A stretch of 64,000 bases of DNA, taken from the human T2T-CHM13v2.0 reference genome, Homo sapiens. The DNA lies in assembly GCF_009914755.1 (NCBI RefSeq), contig NC_060926.1; one strand, written 5' to 3'. This document shows, one piece after another, positions 1-12,924 of the stretch; the stretch's first letter is position 1, and each line of letters begins with the position of its first letter. Both the position numbers and the translations under genes were made by a program. Under the pieces are notes generated by a model. It saw nothing but the letters and a program-made list of their open reading frames with translations, ran no database searches and was not told the DNA's origin.

Positions 1-351
1 ATCTTAGACTCGTTGTGCTACTATAACAAAATACCTGAGACTGGGAAATTTATATCAAACAAAAATTTATTTCTCACACATCTGAGGCTGAGAAGTCCAA
101 GATCAAGGCACCAGCTGGTGAGGGCACAGTCTCTCTGCTTCTAAGATGGCACTTTGTTGCTGTGTCCTCACACAGGGAAAGACAGAAGAGCAAGTGAGTT
201 AAGGCCATGTGAAGAAGTCTCTTCTATAAGGCCCTAATCCCATTTGCGAGGGAGGAGCCTTCATGCATAATCACCTCTTGAAAGTTCCATCTCTTAATAC
301 TGTCACATGACCACACCTGAATTTTGGAGGGATCACAGGGAAACCATAGCA
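1..351 (-). mobile_element. MaLR solo LTR (MSTC/MSTD-like), clipped by the window start
   Basis: Typical MaLR antisense motifs (ctgagaagtccaagatcaaggcacc, taatcacctcttgaaag); ends aaaccatagca, the reverse complement of the TGCTATGGTTT LTR start. Confidence 0.85.
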
Positions 352-629
352 GATTGGTTTAGATGGAAGGGATAGGTTTTGCATTATATGACAAACTGTT
401 ACCTAATTTTGGTCCCTGGATGTCCAGGAAGAACAAATGAATACCACAAGCTATACACATTCTTCTTAGAGACTCTACTCTGCTGCTGTGTCCTTATAAT
501 GAATACCTTTTAGGTATTGAGGGTATTCACAAAACAGACTCTAAGCCCTGAGTTGCCCATGACCTAGGACTTTGGAAAGTTAGGTATGATATTTTTACCC
601 TTACCCTGGGGAAGGCACAAAACTATTAA

Positions 630-733
630 TGAAGGATATGCCCCCATGACCCAAATGCTAGGCCCCACCTTCAACACTTGGGATCACATTTCAACATGAG
701 ATTTGGATGGGATACAACACCCAAACCATATCA
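630..733 (-). mobile_element. MSTA/MSTB-like MaLR LTR fragment
   Basis: ggccccaccttcaacacttgggatcacatttcaacatgagatttgg...aaaccatatca. Confidence 0.75.
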
Positions 734-2249
734 GTGGGTAATTTCTATTTTTAAAATATACAAAAGTTTAAGGAAGAAAATAATCATTCCCCATTTTATC
801 ACACAGATTTAATTATTCGTGTGTAATTTCTTTATTATTTTAATGATATTCTTTTTCTCTGTGTCACATGGTGGCTACCTAGTTATGGATACAGCATATG
901 TTGAATGTATTTGATCCTTATCTTCCTAGAGTAAACCAGAGGCCAATATAGCAAATTTACTATGTATAAAGATGTACACTGTTCTTCTATGCTACTGAAA
1001 AACTCTTTCATCAATAGTCTCCCATGTGGCCTCCTATTTGTGGGAGGGAATAATGTGCATAGTTAGGGCTGGTATTTTTTAAACAAAGAAATAGACAAGG
1101 CCAGATCTGTTTAATCTCTAACGGCCAGTGTTCTTTCTGTTCATTCCCATAGATTAGAATCACAGCCAACTGGCTTAAAATGTTGTTTTAAGGAGCACCA
1201 GGTGAGAGGTGGCCAGATCAGCATCAGCTCCCCACAGTCCTGATAAATGACTCAGGGTTCAACTCCTCCTGTTGCCAATGTTGTTATTCTTTGGTAAGGT
1301 GAACCAGGCAAGCAAAAATCAACATGGTACAAAAAAATTTTTCTCACCAAAGCTATTTGGAGGCTCAGCTTTCTCAATGAAGGGCACTGCATTTCATAGA
1401 TAGAATAGCATTTTAAAGACATGTACTGTCTATAATGGTACTTTCTTCTCAGTTGGGAACTATTTAGGAGAGATCTGTGCTAGAGGAGACAGTTTTCAGC
1501 TAGGACATGCAAATTCAAGAAAGGTCCAGTGCCATAGCGTCTACAAGACGTCTTGTAGAGAAGCAAGCAGACTCATTTCCTATAGCTTCTGGGCAGTTCT
1601 GGCATTGCATGTGTGTTTCAGATCTCTTCCGGAGAAGCAGTGTACTGAATAAGATCGAACATGGAAAATGGAAAGGAAGAGTGGGCAGAGAAGAAGGAGC
1701 TAAAGAACTTTTAATAAAGAAAGTATCATCTACTTTATAATAGATTAAAAAAAAACTTTTCGATCCTATCTGATTCCTGTCCTATCAGAGAAATCCCTAA
1801 AATGAACAAATTTGAGGAGAATGACAAACATCCATCTGCCTTAAATTATCTTCCAAATTTCTGCCACTCCCAGCTTCAAAGCCACTCCTTTGGCAAGTCA
1901 TTGATTCAGCCTTAGAAGATCACTGTTAAAAGCCTTCCCTGAAGGGAAAATCATGCTCGTTAATGAATGAATCTAAGCTGGGTAACATACTCTTCCAGTA
2001 GGCAAGTGAAAGCTGGGGGAATATGAGTCCAAGCAAGGGGACTGAGATGGGGAAATAGAGGAGGTAACTTTTTCCTTGTAAGATGTGGGTGGAAAGGAAA
2101 GATGTTGAGATCTTTGCTTGTTTCCCACTTTCATCTAAACTCTCATCATGCTGTTTGCTGAATTATCAACCACCAATTAGTGGTAGGTTTTAGGCCAAGC
2201 CAGGTAACTTCTTTGAACTTCAGTTTCCTCAAAATGATTGCTTAAGATC

Positions 2250-2510
2250 AGCACTTCCAAAGGAGGACCTGTAAGGAAAAACACTGGTTCTGTGGGATAT
2301 TACAGGAAAAAAAAAACAGTGGATTAAAAATGTTTTTGTTTTTTGAGTTGCAGGACTTTTAGAACATTTAGTAACTGAATGTTCACTCTATATATCTGAA
2401 AGAAGGTGTGATATATAATATTCAGTGATTCCCAGACCTATTTGACAGTGATACTCATTTTGAGGGTTCATCTTGAGGGTCAGTGTTTTCTGAACACAAA
2501 ATATTGGACT
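2250..2510. mobile_element. hAT-Charlie DNA transposon fossil (MER103-like)
   Basis: Degenerate match to recalled consensus (gcaggactt...ttcccagacctatttgac) with a cagcacttccaaa TIR-like end. Confidence 0.55.
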
Positions 2511-3316
2511 ATCTGGTGTCTGACGTCCTTCTATGTTTTAAATTCTGTGAATGTACAATTAGTTTGTCTCTCCTCCTATTTCTTTCCTAGCCAGCCCCCT
2601 TGCCTCTTACCTAGAACTGTTTTTGTGTTGTGTGTAAACCATTTGATCAACAATGTACTCTGTTAGAAAATCTCTGCATCTACTTTAAGAGAAGTGCATG
2701 TTGAGATAGTGCAAATCTGCAAGCTATGCACTTTTCCCTTTTATTTTTATATTTTAGACTACATTAAGTCAAAGGCAGTCAAAAAGCAAACAATAAATTC
2801 CCCAAGTGCTGTACACCCTGCCCAATATCCTAATAAAAATATTGAAACATTTATACTAATAGAGGGGATAATATTTCAGAAAAGAATAATTTACAAAAGA
2901 CCCAGGTTTTATTCCGACAGAGGCGTTTCTAAGCAAAGCAGGGCAATTAATCATAGAGCTGTAACATAAAGATGAAAAGATGAATACTGAATATATAGAA
3001 AATGTGCGCTATTCTTCCCTTCATCTTTAGAATTACAAAAGATGTTTATCACCCCTTGCCTTACCAACACCAATCTTGGATTTTTTATTTGGCTTCTGCA
3101 CCAGATTCACCCTTGACTTGATGAGGAGCAGGTAAAAGCTGAAGTGCTTTGTGGGAGTGGGTGCGGGAGTGGAGGAAGGTATAGACATCCAGGATGTAGG
3201 ATGGCTGTGTCTGAATTAGACCTCCTCCTACAAAAATAGCTCCTCTTCCAGATGTTTTTTAAAGTGAGGGAATACAAGGTGGTCATCTGTAATCTCTTGA
3301 GTCAGAAAGAGAAAGA

Positions 3317-3487
3317 GGCAGGCATAGTGTCTTGTGCCTATAGTCCACCTACTTGGCAGGCTGAGGCAGGAGTATGGATTGAGTCCAGGAGTTTGGGGCT
3401 GCAGTGTGCTGTGACTGCACCTGTAAATAGTCATTGCATTCTAGCCTGAGCAACACAGTGAGACTCCATCTTTAAAAAAAATAAAAA
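3317..3487 (+). mobile_element. FAM (fossil Alu monomer)
   Basis: Single monomer with the FAM-type gcacctgtaaatagtcattgcattctagcctg segment and an A-rich tail. Confidence 0.8.
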
Positions 3488-3714
3488 GAGAGTAAGGATT
3501 CTCACTGAGACACCCCCCGACCCCATCTCTGAAAAAAGAATGAATAAAGAGTAAGGATTCACACTGACTATTTTTCATATACTTATTGTTGCATGTCGTG
3601 AATTCTCTGAAAGTAAAATGATCTGAATATCTACAGGTAACCTACAGGTAATCTATAGCAGACATCTTACTGTAGGCTATGTGTTTGGTTTGATTGTCTA
3701 TGGTCCACCCTTAA

Positions 3715-4030
<316 letters not shown>

Positions 4031-5033
4031 TTAATTTAAATTTTTAAGAATATTTGTCAAATTTTCTGGTATTTGAATTCAAGCTTACCTCTGATGAAAC
4101 ATTAATATTTCTATTTAGTTTTCCTTGTCTTGTTTAAAAAACTGGAATTTGTTGTGTGCATTTGATTATGTATATTTTAAAACTCCAAATTGCATTTTGA
4201 AATTTGGCAGACAACTGATAACTGTATTTTTCTCAAATATATAAAAGATATATTAATAATATTAGCTTTGCTCTGAGGTCTCGTAGGTCTGTAGCCTCCT
4301 TGAGTTGCCTTAGTGAGGCTTCCAAACTGCACCGTGCTCCAGTTTTTGAATTAAACTCTTCCATTTTTAGAGGCCACCTTTACTATTCTCCTGAACATAT
4401 AAATGATGCCTTAGTTTACTAGTCTCAAGCCCTGGCAGAGAATAGATGTCAAGTAGATATTTGATGAGCAGACTCTCCCTACTTGATCAGTGTTTCTTGA
4501 ATAAATGAATAAATTGTTAATGATAAGTGCTTATTATAATTGTCACCACTTTTATTCCAGTAATGTAGCCACTGCCTGGCATCTAATACTATTTTTTAAA
4601 AACAGTTAAAAAATATTTTTTTTTGTAACTCACAAACTTGATGTTAATTCGTATTTAATGTTTGTTTTTCTATTTAAAAAAATGCATAAAGTTAAAATTA
4701 TTGTACATAAAAGTTTTTACACAGATTTCACAAAGCTGAACACATGTGTCTGTGCAATTGGTTCTGTACTGCAGCAGCTCAATGAACTTGGGAGAGACCT
4801 GAGTCCTCTCACGTAGGACTGAGTTGCTCTTTATGGGACTGAACATAAGTGCCATAAAACCACTTGGTAGGGTTTGTTTTGGCATGTTACAGCATTTCCC
4901 CTCGGGAATGCTCAAACATTTTATGGATGGAGGATTTCCATAAAGTCTTCTACATAACCTTCAAGTCATCTTGTGTGAAAAAGAACTTAGTTTGCATTTG
5001 TTCTGTAGATAATTGTTGATGTTTTATAGGTAA

Positions 5034-5414
<381 letters not shown>

Positions 5415-5424
5415 TAAAAACTAG

Positions 5425-5790
5425 TTGTTTTTCTCACAATTCTGGAAGCTTGGCAGTCAGAGGTCAAGGTGCTGGCAGGTCTGGTGTCTGGTGACTTGCA
5501 GATGGTGGCCTTCTTACTGTATTCTTACATGGGGTGGGGTTGGAGGGGAAGGTGAGAGAAGAGAGGGCGAGAGAGAGAAGAAGAAGAGAAAGAGGAGGAG
5601 GAGGTGGAGGAAGAAGAGAGAAGAGAGAGAAGCAAGTTCTTCTATGTCTCATTAAGAGCACTAATGCTATTCAAGAGAGCCCCACCATCATGATCTCCCA
5701 AAGGTCCCATCTCCAAATACTGTCGCATCACATTGGGGTTTAGGGTTTCAGTGTATGAATTTTGGGGGACACAAACATTCATTTTATGGT
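5425..5790 (-). mobile_element. MLT1A/B-like MaLR LTR with an internal GA-rich simple repeat (~5545-5630)
   Basis: tttctcacaattctggaagc...tcaaggtgctggcag...ccatctccaaatactgtc...tgaattttgggggacacaaacattca. Confidence 0.8.
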
Positions 5791-6350
5791 ACGTATCATT
5801 CTTTTTTAGGTTGGGCAGGGAACAGGCTCCTCATCTCTCTCTGGCGTTCCCCCTATTTTCCCCAATTCCCTAACAATTTGACCAAAGCCATGGCCAACAT
5901 CATCACTTGACAAAATGGAATTGATTTGTTAAAGCGCTTGTTTATTTTAAGAATCAACCTAAAGGAAAAAGAATTCAAGTTACTTATTTTGGGGTCTGGA
6001 TTGAAATTTTATTTGCTGTAATTTTATCCCCAAAATGACAGATTCCTTTTTCATATTTTTTGAGTGGGTATTTGTGTCATTTTTTTGGCAGCACTTAAGA
6101 AACTATCTCTTATTGGTGATTTTGAGAATTGTTCATACTTGAACAGAGATTATGAGCTTAAGTTTAAATAGCTTTGAAATCTTTAAAAAATAGTTACATC
6201 TTTTAATTGCATGAACACTGTCTATATTTAACATGTCCAACTATTTAAATGACCTAATATTTTATATTTGCCAATGCAAGCATAGCAACTGTCAGGCAAC
6301 AAGTACTTTTTTTCTGGGCCCTACCCAGGGATATTAAAAAATAGAGTGGA

Positions 6351-6501
6351 GCTGGGCGTGGTGGCTCAAGCCTGTAATCCCAGCATTTTGGGAGGCCGAG
6401 GCAGGTGGATCACCTGAGGTCAGGAGTTCAAGACCAGTCTGGCCAACATTGCGAAACCCTGACTCTACTAAAAATACAAAAAAAAAAAAAAAAAAAAAAA
6501 A
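6351..6501 (+). mobile_element. AluS left monomer only, with poly(A) and TSD
   Basis: Left arm to tctactaaaaatac, then an A-run; TSD agagtgga at 6343-6350 and 6502-6509. Confidence 0.9.
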
Positions 6502-6629
6502 AGAGTGGAAGACACAGCAACTGTTCTCATGGAACTTGGCTTCTCTCCCTGTCTCTCTCTTTAAATACCCAAGGGCCAACTTGTGCCAATCATAGTTCTG
6601 GGTGGAAATACAATAATAAATGAAATGGA

Positions 6630-7680
6630 TAAAAGTCTCTAGGGATAAAGCAGTGAACAAAAACCACAAAAAATTCCTGTCCTGGTAGAGCTTACATTCT
6701 ACAGGAATAGAGGCAGAAAATAAGGAAATAAATAAGAAATGTGCAGTATGTTAGGCGGTGGTAAGTGCTATGGAGAAACTAAAGCGAGGAAGGGGAGAGG
6801 AAGTACAGGGGTGGGTGGGAGGCAGCTGGTACCTTTAACTGTGGTTGTCATGGATGACTCCACTGTGAAGGTATCACATGAGCACCTGGACCAGCTAAGG
6901 GAGAGAGCCCTGAGGACCTCTGTGGGAAGAGCCCTCCAGGCAGAAATGCAAAAGTGCTGTGATGGCCTCATGCCTGGCTTGCCCTCCAAGAAGGCAGGTA
7001 GAGCAAGCCAGGGGGAGTGTAGTAAAAAGTCAAAGATGTACAGGGCAGGCTGTCCAACATGCAAAGCCTTAGAGGTTATCACACTATGTTGATTCTTCCC
7101 CCACTCTCTTCCTTCCTTCTTTGTGAGTTGGGGAGCCATTAGAAAATTCTGCACTGAGGAATGACCTGATTAAATGATTTTAAAGATCACTGGTTACTGT
7201 GAGAATAAATATAGGAAGGCAAGGTTGGAAAGAGGGAGACTAAATAAGAGGCTGTTGTAGCAGTCCAGGTGTTGGCTTAGATCTGGGTGGTTGCAGTGGA
7301 GATGCTGAAAAAGGGCATTCTTTGTCTATTTGGAAAGAGTGGAGGAGAGGATCTCAGAAGGATAGGATGTGGAGTATAAGTGAGAAAGCAGTGTCAAGCA
7401 TGCTTCTAAGGTTTGGGACCTGATAACTGGAAGGGTGGGGCTGTCATTTACTGAGATACAAAGACTGAAGAGTAACAGATTTGGAAGAGGATCATGTCAG
7501 GTGTGCACACCTTAGATTTGAGACATCTATTAGGCTTCTAAATGGAGAAATGGAGTAGGAGGTTGGGAATATGAATATTAATTCAGGGGAGACATCTGGG
7601 CTGAAGATGTAATGATGGGAGCTTCATGATCTCAGTAAAAGCCATAAAAGGGGAGCAAATCCTCGAGAGTGAGGAGATGA
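6630..7680 (-). mobile_element. LINE-2 3' fragment
   Basis: gggataaagcagtgaacaa, cctggtagagcttacattcta, ttttaaagatcactggttactgtg, tgtcatttactgagat are antisense L2 motifs. Confidence 0.8.
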
Positions 7681-8982
7681 GATCAGTCTGTCAGAGACAG
7701 AGTGAAGACAATGAAGTTGCAGTTGTGTGCTCCATTATTATTTGCTGTAGGTACAGAGAGAAGTAGGAATTTGTGGGCTAGAAAACTGAAGCAACTTTCA
7801 TGAAAAGTGTGGGACTTGGACTGGTCCTTGCAAGTGGTTAGGATTTGGAGGGTTAGAGAAAATGAGGAGAGGGCATTTTGGTTAAAAGTTACCAGAATTA
7901 AACACAGTGCAATATGAGGTAGTAAGGGAAAACACACCAAAGTCATGATGGGATTTTCTCATGTGTGGAAGGGGTAATACTTGAAGATTTTGTTCAGTCT
8001 GTTTCCAAGGATCATGATATGCAAATGATAAAGAGACTTGGGTCCCATTAAATTTTTTAACATTTCCCAATACTTTGCTAACAGCTTTTCCTCCTTACCC
8101 TTGCAGCTGGTGCTGCCTTATATTTTGTAGTAACTTGAAACTGACATGTGGGGAATTTTAAGTACATATGTTATCAAAACATGTTTCACAGACTTTATAG
8201 ACTATCAGGAGGTCATCTTGTCTTTCAAAAAGCAGCCTGGAATTTGAATTTAGTTCCTCTTATAATTTCATGCTCCAAAGTAACTATATGAGAAATTTAA
8301 AATTTATTAGCAACTTTCTCTTGTTCTTAGATTTTAGAGAGATGGCAATTTCATTAAACCTGAAAAAAAAATATATATGCTATGTTACCTAGAGGCAGAT
8401 TATTGAATAACTTTACTTGCCTGGTGATAAATCTAAGGTGCATGAGTATTTTAACGCTTTCCCAGCAACTTTGGGGTTACATTTTTAAAAAGGAAAAAAA
8501 TCAACAACCCTGCATTCCTTTTTGATACAAAGTAACAAAGCAAAAATGAACCTCATAAAAGAATACAAAGGATGCCAGCTTCAGAACAAATGGTTAGAGA
8601 CATTGTGCCTTTTGTCCCCTCTCCCCACTTTTTCCTAGAATCTATGTAAGAATCAAGTATTGTTTTTATTCTGTCAAAGGTTTTCATGGAGTTGCAAAAG
8701 CTAAGGACTTTGGCAGAACTCTCTGAAGTAAGAGCAAATTATACATTTCGTTGTTCATTTTCCTTAAAGAATGCCTTTAAAATAATGTGGTGTTAATTGT
8801 TTGGCATAACCAGGTGTGACATTCCATATGCCCATTTGTTCTTTGGGTTTCAAGGAGGTTCAGAGTACAACTCCTGCAGGACTTGACAGTTTATCTGTGT
8901 CCCTTGAATCCTGCAGGTGTTGGCTGGAGAGTAGTAAGCAGTTAGTGGCAAAGGGGTTTATAAAGAAACCCTGTGGACTCTC

Positions 8983-9185
8983 TAGTGCTGTCCAGTAGAA
9001 TTTTCTATCCTATTCTTGGTGACAGGAATATTCTATGTATGTACTTTCCAATACGTGGGTAGATGCTACCCATACTGGCTACTGAGTACTTGAAGTGTGG
9101 TTAGTACAGTTGAGGAACGAATTTTAAGTTGATTTCATTTTAATTAAATGCAAGTAGCCACATGTAGTTAGTGTCTCCTGTGCAC
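8983..9185. mobile_element. MER3 (hAT-Charlie)
   Basis: gtgctgtccagtagaattttc...tggctactgagtacttgaagtgtggttagt...agccacatgtagttagtg matches the MER3 layout. Confidence 0.8.
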
Positions 9186-9529
9186 TTGTTTTTATTCTGT
9201 AAATAAAATAGTGACTGCCCAGCCAAAGCTAACAATTCATCTTGGGCTTTCTGGAGCACAGAGTGGACAGATGCCCACACTACCCTTGCCGGGGCCTTTC
9301 TGCCATCCTGGTGAGTGTCCACAGGCAGATCTTTCACACAGGGACATGGCACCCCTGCTTATTTCCAGGAACTGGACGGTATACAGGACTTTTTGAAATG
9401 CCTCCCTCTTGTCCTTCCCAGAAGTGGGGAGAAGGAATAAGGAAAAGCAGAATGACATTAGATGAGGTGAGGTCATTTTTATGGTCTTAAAGACCTTTTT
9501 CTCACAGAGATATTTTAAAAAATAGCCTA

Positions 9530-9848
<319 letters not shown>

Positions 9849-10999
9849 CTATTTGAGTATTTTATTACTGACTGAGAATTATCCTGGGCCGTAGATGTTA
9901 GAGGCAGCATTAGTACATACTGATCTTGCTGGTGTCTTGAAAGTGAGAATTCTGTGAAGAACCAAATTTCATACCTGGAGGAAGATTGCGTGTTCATAAG
10001 GAATATTCTCTAGATTATTATTTTAAAAATTTAAAAGTGGATTATTGAAGGTCTACCATGCACCTTCACGTAAATACAAAATGTGTATGTATTGTTCCAG
10101 GAAGGGGGTTATTAAAGAAAGGCATAGATAGCACAGGACATAAAAATGATGAAGATTGGGTCACTGTAAGCCAAGGAAGGGCTGAGTGTGTGACAAAGAC
10201 AGGCGCTGGGCCCCACCCCAGGATTCTCCAGAAGGATGTTGCTGTTATGGAAGTCCTGGTTAAAATCACACTCCGGGAGCATGGTAGGTGGTGCAGGATA
10301 AAGGAGGTCTTTTGTCTCTCGGTGGTCAGTTTTTACACTGAAGAAGTTGGCCACAGTCTTACTGCTGCTGTGGTGAGCTGCCCCTGCCCTGCGCCAGTAT
10401 CAGAAGCTGTCCCAGTTGAATTTGCTGAGAAAGGTGTTTAAAAAGATTTGTTGGTTGATATTTCTGTGGACATTCTGCCACTCTCACTTGTAAAACTACA
10501 TGGAGCTTATGTGCCAGGGACCATGCTTCACTTGCCATCTAAATGAGGAGGAAAAAAATGTGTACATGGAAGAAGAAAACTAACGATAAAAAATGCTATA
10601 AGGTAGATCCCCAATGAGTGGTGCAGACAGTAACTGCCATATCCGATAGTTGTCTTCAAATGCATAAAGGGCTGGCAGGTGGAAGAGGTGTTAGACTTAC
10701 TCTCTGGGGCTCCGGAAGGCAAAACTGGTGGTATTTCTTTTTAATTAAAAAAATGATTTTTGAAGGCCTATTTATGTAGAGTACTCTGGGGAGAGAGAAT
10801 GATTTAGGAGAGGACAGCATGTTCAGGATATGGAGATGTGACAGTGGCTGCAAGTTACAGGGAAGTTCATTCCAGTGAATAGAAGGGAGAGCTTCAGAAA
10901 ACACAACAGGCTGCTGTGAGGAGGTTATCCCCCTTCATCGGAGGTGTTCACAAAGAGACCTTGCCTACTGGCTGGGAAAGGGGATTCATACTGGTAGAG

Positions 11000-11206
11000 C
11001 AGCGGTCAGTCAAATCTGGGTGGCTACCTCCTTTTGTAAATGAAGTTTTGTTAGAACTCAGCCATTGCCCATTTGTGTACGTATCCTGCATGGTTGGTTT
11101 TGCACTACAATGGTAAAAGTGTGTAATTGGGACAGAGATCACTTGTCCCTCAAAGCCTAAAATATTTGTTATCTGGCCCTTTATAGAAAAAGTTTGCTGG
11201 GCCCTA
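11000..11206. mobile_element. MER58A (hAT-Charlie)
   Basis: caaagcctaaaatatttgttatctggccctttatagaaaaagtttgc is a close match to the MER58A end. Confidence 0.85.
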
Positions 11207-12596
11207 CATAGGATTGGATTTAGAGATATGTAAAATCCTTTTTAATTTTCTGGTTGTAAGGGATTCAGAAAAGAAGACAAAAGCCTTGTGGGAAGTCTGA
11301 AGAAGGTTTCTTGCAAGATGTGAACTTTCGGTTGGGCCTTAAAAGAAAACGCTTGCTGGTCCTGGCAGAGGAGGCCTGTCCACATGGAACACTTGAGCAG
11401 ATCTCAAGAGGACTGCATCTCTGGTCCTTGAATGCAGTGTACAGACTCATTCCAGCATCCATGCATTCATTCATGCATTGTGACTCCAGCATATTGCAGG
11501 CCAATGTAGTCATCTACAAACACTTCTTGGCCTGCTCTTGGTAAAGTAAGCACAAATTCTGGCATGAGCTGTTGGCATTTTGTTACTAACTTTGCCAGAG
11601 TGAAAATGCTCGTGAAGTTCAATGTTTATCATTGAGTTTTACAGAGTTATTTTATTTTAAGTATAATTGTCTCACCTAGAGACAACTTAGAATTTATTTA
11701 TATATTCTGCTTAATTGTAGGATGTAAGAAATGATGGTTCCAAAACGAAAACCTCACTGTATTTGTAGGAGATGCAACTCGGAGTGTTAAGGATAGAATG
11801 ATGCACATTACTATTCATGCCTTTTTAATTGATTAGCCTTTAAGGCTTCTGCAAGCCTTTAAAAGTTGTTTTGTCAACATTAGACCAGCTGCTGTGTAAT
11901 TATGGTAGCTCTTCTTGCAGTTAAATTCCTTTAATAACGTGTTCAATCTGCCGATGCCAAAGTGCTTTGAACCTGTGATATATACTATGGAGAGCTTTTG
12001 TTTTTACTTACAGATGGTCGGTGTCATTTTCTGGGCAACTCTAGAATTTTCACAGAAATTTTAAAGATGAATTACTTGAAAATGGAAGGCAAATGAATTT
12101 GAACATCAGGTTACTCCTCCCCCTATAAAATTTGTTCATATGTGACTTGAATTTTGAACTTGGCTCATAACAACATAAATGTGCTCATTAAAAAAAAAAA
12201 TTCCACCTTGAAACCTTTTTAAGGCTCTTTTCTCTGACTCTCCAGCTTGTAAATTAAATCAAATCTTTCTGGCACCAGAGAGATGATGGTGGAAACAGTG
12301 GGCCTGTAACAAAGATCACTTGTTAATGAGGAGCCACAAAAGGGTGGTTCTGCCTTCCATTCAGGGGCTGAAACTTCACTCAGAAAACTGAGTGTGAATT
12401 TAGCAGTGTGTGAAGTCTGGCATGAGAACATATAACTAGTGATAGGGTCTGGTGTCAGAAAGATACAAACAGAAGATCCTGTGTTTGTCTCCTCCCAGAT
12501 TCACCTGTCCTTCCTCCCGCATTGGGTTGTACTGGTGGATAAGGCATGAGAGGTGGGAGCAGTGATGATGGTGGCTGTAGAGGCTGCCCCTGTTAG

Positions 12597-12924
<328 letters not shown>

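Noticed and set aside
5425-5743. ORFs rich in Arg/Lys/Glu or Pro that look like basic or NLS-bearing proteins
   Set aside because: They come from a GA-rich simple repeat inside an MLT1 LTR
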